In this document: one piece after another, positions 53,784-55,447 of the stretch | Numbering within the stretch: position 1 is the stretch's first letter | Layout: each line of letters begins with the position of its first letter | Origin: an uncultured Candidatus Peribacteria bacterium | GTDB lineage: Bacteria; Patescibacteriota; Gracilibacteria; Absconditabacterales; Absconditicoccaceae | Length of the DNA stretch: 55,447 nucleotides | Direction: 5' to 3' | Assembly: GCA_964367985.1 (NCBI GenBank) | Contig: CAYIZS010000001.1 | Location: 1 to 55,447, forward strand | Notes under the pieces: model-generated | What the model was told of the DNA's origin: nothing | Seen by the model: only the letters and a program-made list of their open reading frames with translations | Database searches by the model: none | Translations under genes and position numbers: made by a program

Positions 53784-53889
53784 CCCCCCTCCCACGCCTC
53801 GTAGCACTGCGAGGTTTATCAACCCCGTAGCTAGTACGGGGCTAGGGAGGGGGATAACTAAAGCATTTCCTCCCTTGATAAAGGGAGGA
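53784..53889. other. GC-rich structured element (candidate ncRNA or REP-like element)
   Basis: An outer pairing CCCCCCTCCC (53784-53793) / GGGAGGGGG (53845-53853) encloses hairpins CCTCG..CGAGG (53797-53814) and CCCCGTA-GCTAG-TACGGGG (53823-53841). It is followed by a 9-bp hairpin TCCTCCCTT-GATA-AAGGGAGGA (53868-53889). Nothing else in the window has this composition. Confidence 0.45.
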
Positions 53890-53940
53890 TAGGAGGGATT
53901 TGTCCGAATAGAAGGATAGAAAGAATTTGAAAAATTTTCT

Positions 53941-53977
53941 AAAAACAAAAAAGCCGAATTAAAATAATCCGGCTTTT
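53941..53977 (-). terminator. rho-independent terminator after the lipoprotein gene
   Basis: AAGCCG (53951-53956) / CGGCTT (53970-53975) stem. The plus-strand A-run at 53941-53950 is a T-run on the minus strand. Confidence 0.5.
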
Positions 53978-53991
53978 AAGATATTATTTTT

Positions 53992-54627
53992 CTATTTTCT
54001 TTTTACTACAAAGCGAAAATTCCCGCCTTGTAATTGAACATATTCAGCATATACACTTTCAATCTTAACAGAAATACTCTGCTTACCAGAACTAAATCCG
54101 GAGACATTGAAAGCAATAATACTTAAATTCATTACATCCCCCACCTTGCCATCTACAAAGGGGAGAAAAACTCTCTTGGAATAAGGATTCACCTTATCAG
54201 GTGAGATCCAGATTCCTTCCTTATTTTTAGCAAGAAAACTTGCCTCAAATAAGGAATTTTCATTTGCATCATACACTCCCACCCCCTTTGATAAGAGATT
54301 GGGAGTTGGTTTTTCCACCTCCTTAACAGTAACCTTCAATCCAGCGGATTTATCCACAGAAGAGATAATTAGAGTCTGGATCCCGGCTTTCAACCCAGTA
54401 ATACGGAGTTGATTACCTGAAAGATTCCAGCGGACCGTTTCAGAATTTTTCGGAGACACAACGTAACCTTCTGCTTTATCACCTCCGGTGATGGCGACGG
54501 TTTTTTCCTCTCCTACCTTCAGTTCAATCGAGCTTTCGCTCAATTTTACATCAGGAGTTGGCAGGTCTTCTTTACACGAAGCAAAGAGAAGAAGAGAAAC
54601 CCATAAGAACAATATTATCTTTTTCAT
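53992..54627 (-). CDS. lipoprotein (211 aa) with Bacteroidota-style lipobox
   Basis: MKKIILFLWVSLLLFASC-KEDLP signal/lipobox. Intact ATG-to-TAG ORF without TGA. Noticeably higher G+C and different codon choices from the rest of the window. Confidence 0.7.
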   Translation of the reverse strand: MKKIILFLWVSLLLFASCKEDLPTPDVKLSESSIELKVGEEKTVAITGGDKAEGYVVSPKNSETVRWNLSGNQLRITGLKAGIQTLIISSVDKSAGLKVTVKEVEKPTPNLLSKGVGVYDANENSLFEASFLAKNKEGIWISPDKVNPYSKRVFLPFVDGKVGDVMNLSIIAFNVSGFSSGKQSISVKIESVYAEYVQLQGGNFRFVVKRK

Positions 54628-54703
54628 AATTTTCTTTATTATGACTCTCTCCTCTCTTGATCTAGACCTTGATCTAAACCAAGAAAGGGAAAGAGTCTGA
54701 TTA

Positions 54704-55447
54704 TTATTTTACTTCTATCTTATAAAAGATATCCCACTCATCACCAATTTTTATGGTGAGTGTGAAAGATCCTTTTTCATTAAGCGATATTTTTTCTGGA
54801 AGAGGAGAAAATACTTTTTGAGTATTTTCATTAATTCCTTTGCTGAGATGATAAGTCATCTCAAGTTTAGGATTTTCAAGATCCTTCCATATTACTGGAA
54901 GAAGATCTCCCATCTCAAAAAATTCCTTCATCTCATAAAGATGGGGAATTTTATGGGTCTCACTGCTCAAAGCTTCCGTCTTAACGGAAGCAATGAGTGG
55001 CTCTGAAACTTTATCACCATCTTTGGAGTAGATCTTGATTTCATACTCCATATCCGGTTCAAGATTCTTTAGCCACAAGATCGGCTCATTAGAAGTCAGA
55101 GAATGCTCTCCAACTTCAATCAGCCACTCCTCACTTTCATTATCTACCCAAGAGATGATAGCATCTCTTTGATAGATTTTTTCAATTTTGAAAGAAGTAG
55201 GAGCAGATGGTGCCGCTCTTTCTACGATTACCGTTGCATTTGCAGTTTTTCCACCATCAGCAGTCGTAACTGTGATTGTAGCATTTCCTACAGCAAGAGC
55301 TGTTACTTTACCATTCGCATCAACACTAGCAACTGAACTATTACTTGATGACCAAGTAACACTCTTATTTGTTGCATTCGTTGGTGCTATTGTAGCTACC
55401 AAGGTTTCACTTCCGCCTTCAACCAAGTTGAGAGAAGTTTTATTGAG
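54704..55447 (-). CDS. Big_2 (bacterial Ig-like group 2) domain surface protein, 5'-truncated by the window end
   Basis: The frame is open to the window edge. SLNLVEGGSETLVATIAPTNATNKSVTWSSSNSSVASVDANGKVTALAVGNATITVTTADGGKTANATVIV is a textbook Big_2 pattern. TAA at 54704-54706. Confidence 0.75.
   Translation of the reverse strand, partial: LNKTSLNLVEGGSETLVATIAPTNATNKSVTWSSSNSSVASVDANGKVTALAVGNATITVTTADGGKTANATVIVERAAPSAPTSFKIEKIYQRDAIISWVDNESEEWLIEVGEHSLTSNEPILWLKNLEPDMEYEIKIYSKDGDKVSEPLIASVKTEALSSETHKIPHLYEMKEFFEMGDLLPVIWKDLENPKLEMTYHLSKGINENTQKVFSPLPEKISLNEKGSFTLTIKIGDEWDIFYKIEVK

Noticed and set aside
1-55447. UGA=Trp (table 4, Mollicutes-type) as the explanation for in-frame TGA.
   Set aside because: Every TGA I could place in a known motif falls on an invariant Gly (Nudix, GDFN, GxGxxG, GFGSTG, PGM and others). 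Conserved Trp residues (e.g. WCGPC) are encoded by TGG.

Overview
55.4-kb, strongly AT-rich (roughly 30% G+C by eye) bacterial chromosome segment. Its genes only make sense if TGA is read as glycine (NCBI table 25, the Gracilibacteria/BD1-5 or Absconditabacteria/SR1 type of candidate-phyla-radiation bacterium). The supplied six-frame track uses the standard code and fragments most genes. Joining same-frame fragments across TGA restores full-length tig, lysS, aspS, rpsA, rpsO, rpoD, mraY, murB, dut, map, efp, rnhA, rlmE, a Kef-type antiporter and others, and the TGA codons fall on invariant Gly positions of textbook motifs. Content is mostly housekeeping: translation, transcription, peptidoglycan precursor synthesis and nucleotide metabolism, plus three tRNAs (Cys-GCA, Arg-UCG, Arg-CCU). 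There are also several large lineage-specific envelope proteins: an 855-aa PKD/Cys-rich-repeat/SLH surface protein; a 657-aa Gly-zipper membrane protein next to a putative thiol hydrolase; and a 1563-aa membrane protein with an (Asp-Pro-Ile)14 repeat and a C-terminal HExxH zincin domain, bracketed by small paralogous acidic proteins. Oddities: an ~800-bp gene-free AT-rich gap with a foldable GC-richer island; a homopolymer frameshift in a HAD hydrolase; a flavoprotein without a canonical start; a sigma-70 forced into a 72-aa acidic tail by TGA read-through; and an abrupt compositional and gene-style break at ~53.74 kb, where a GC-rich structured element is followed by Bacteroidota-style lipoprotein and Big_2 genes. 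No rRNA, CRISPR, transposase or integrase was seen. All calls come from hand translation and motif recognition. No database search was possible, start codons are often uncertain, and TGA counts are hand counts.
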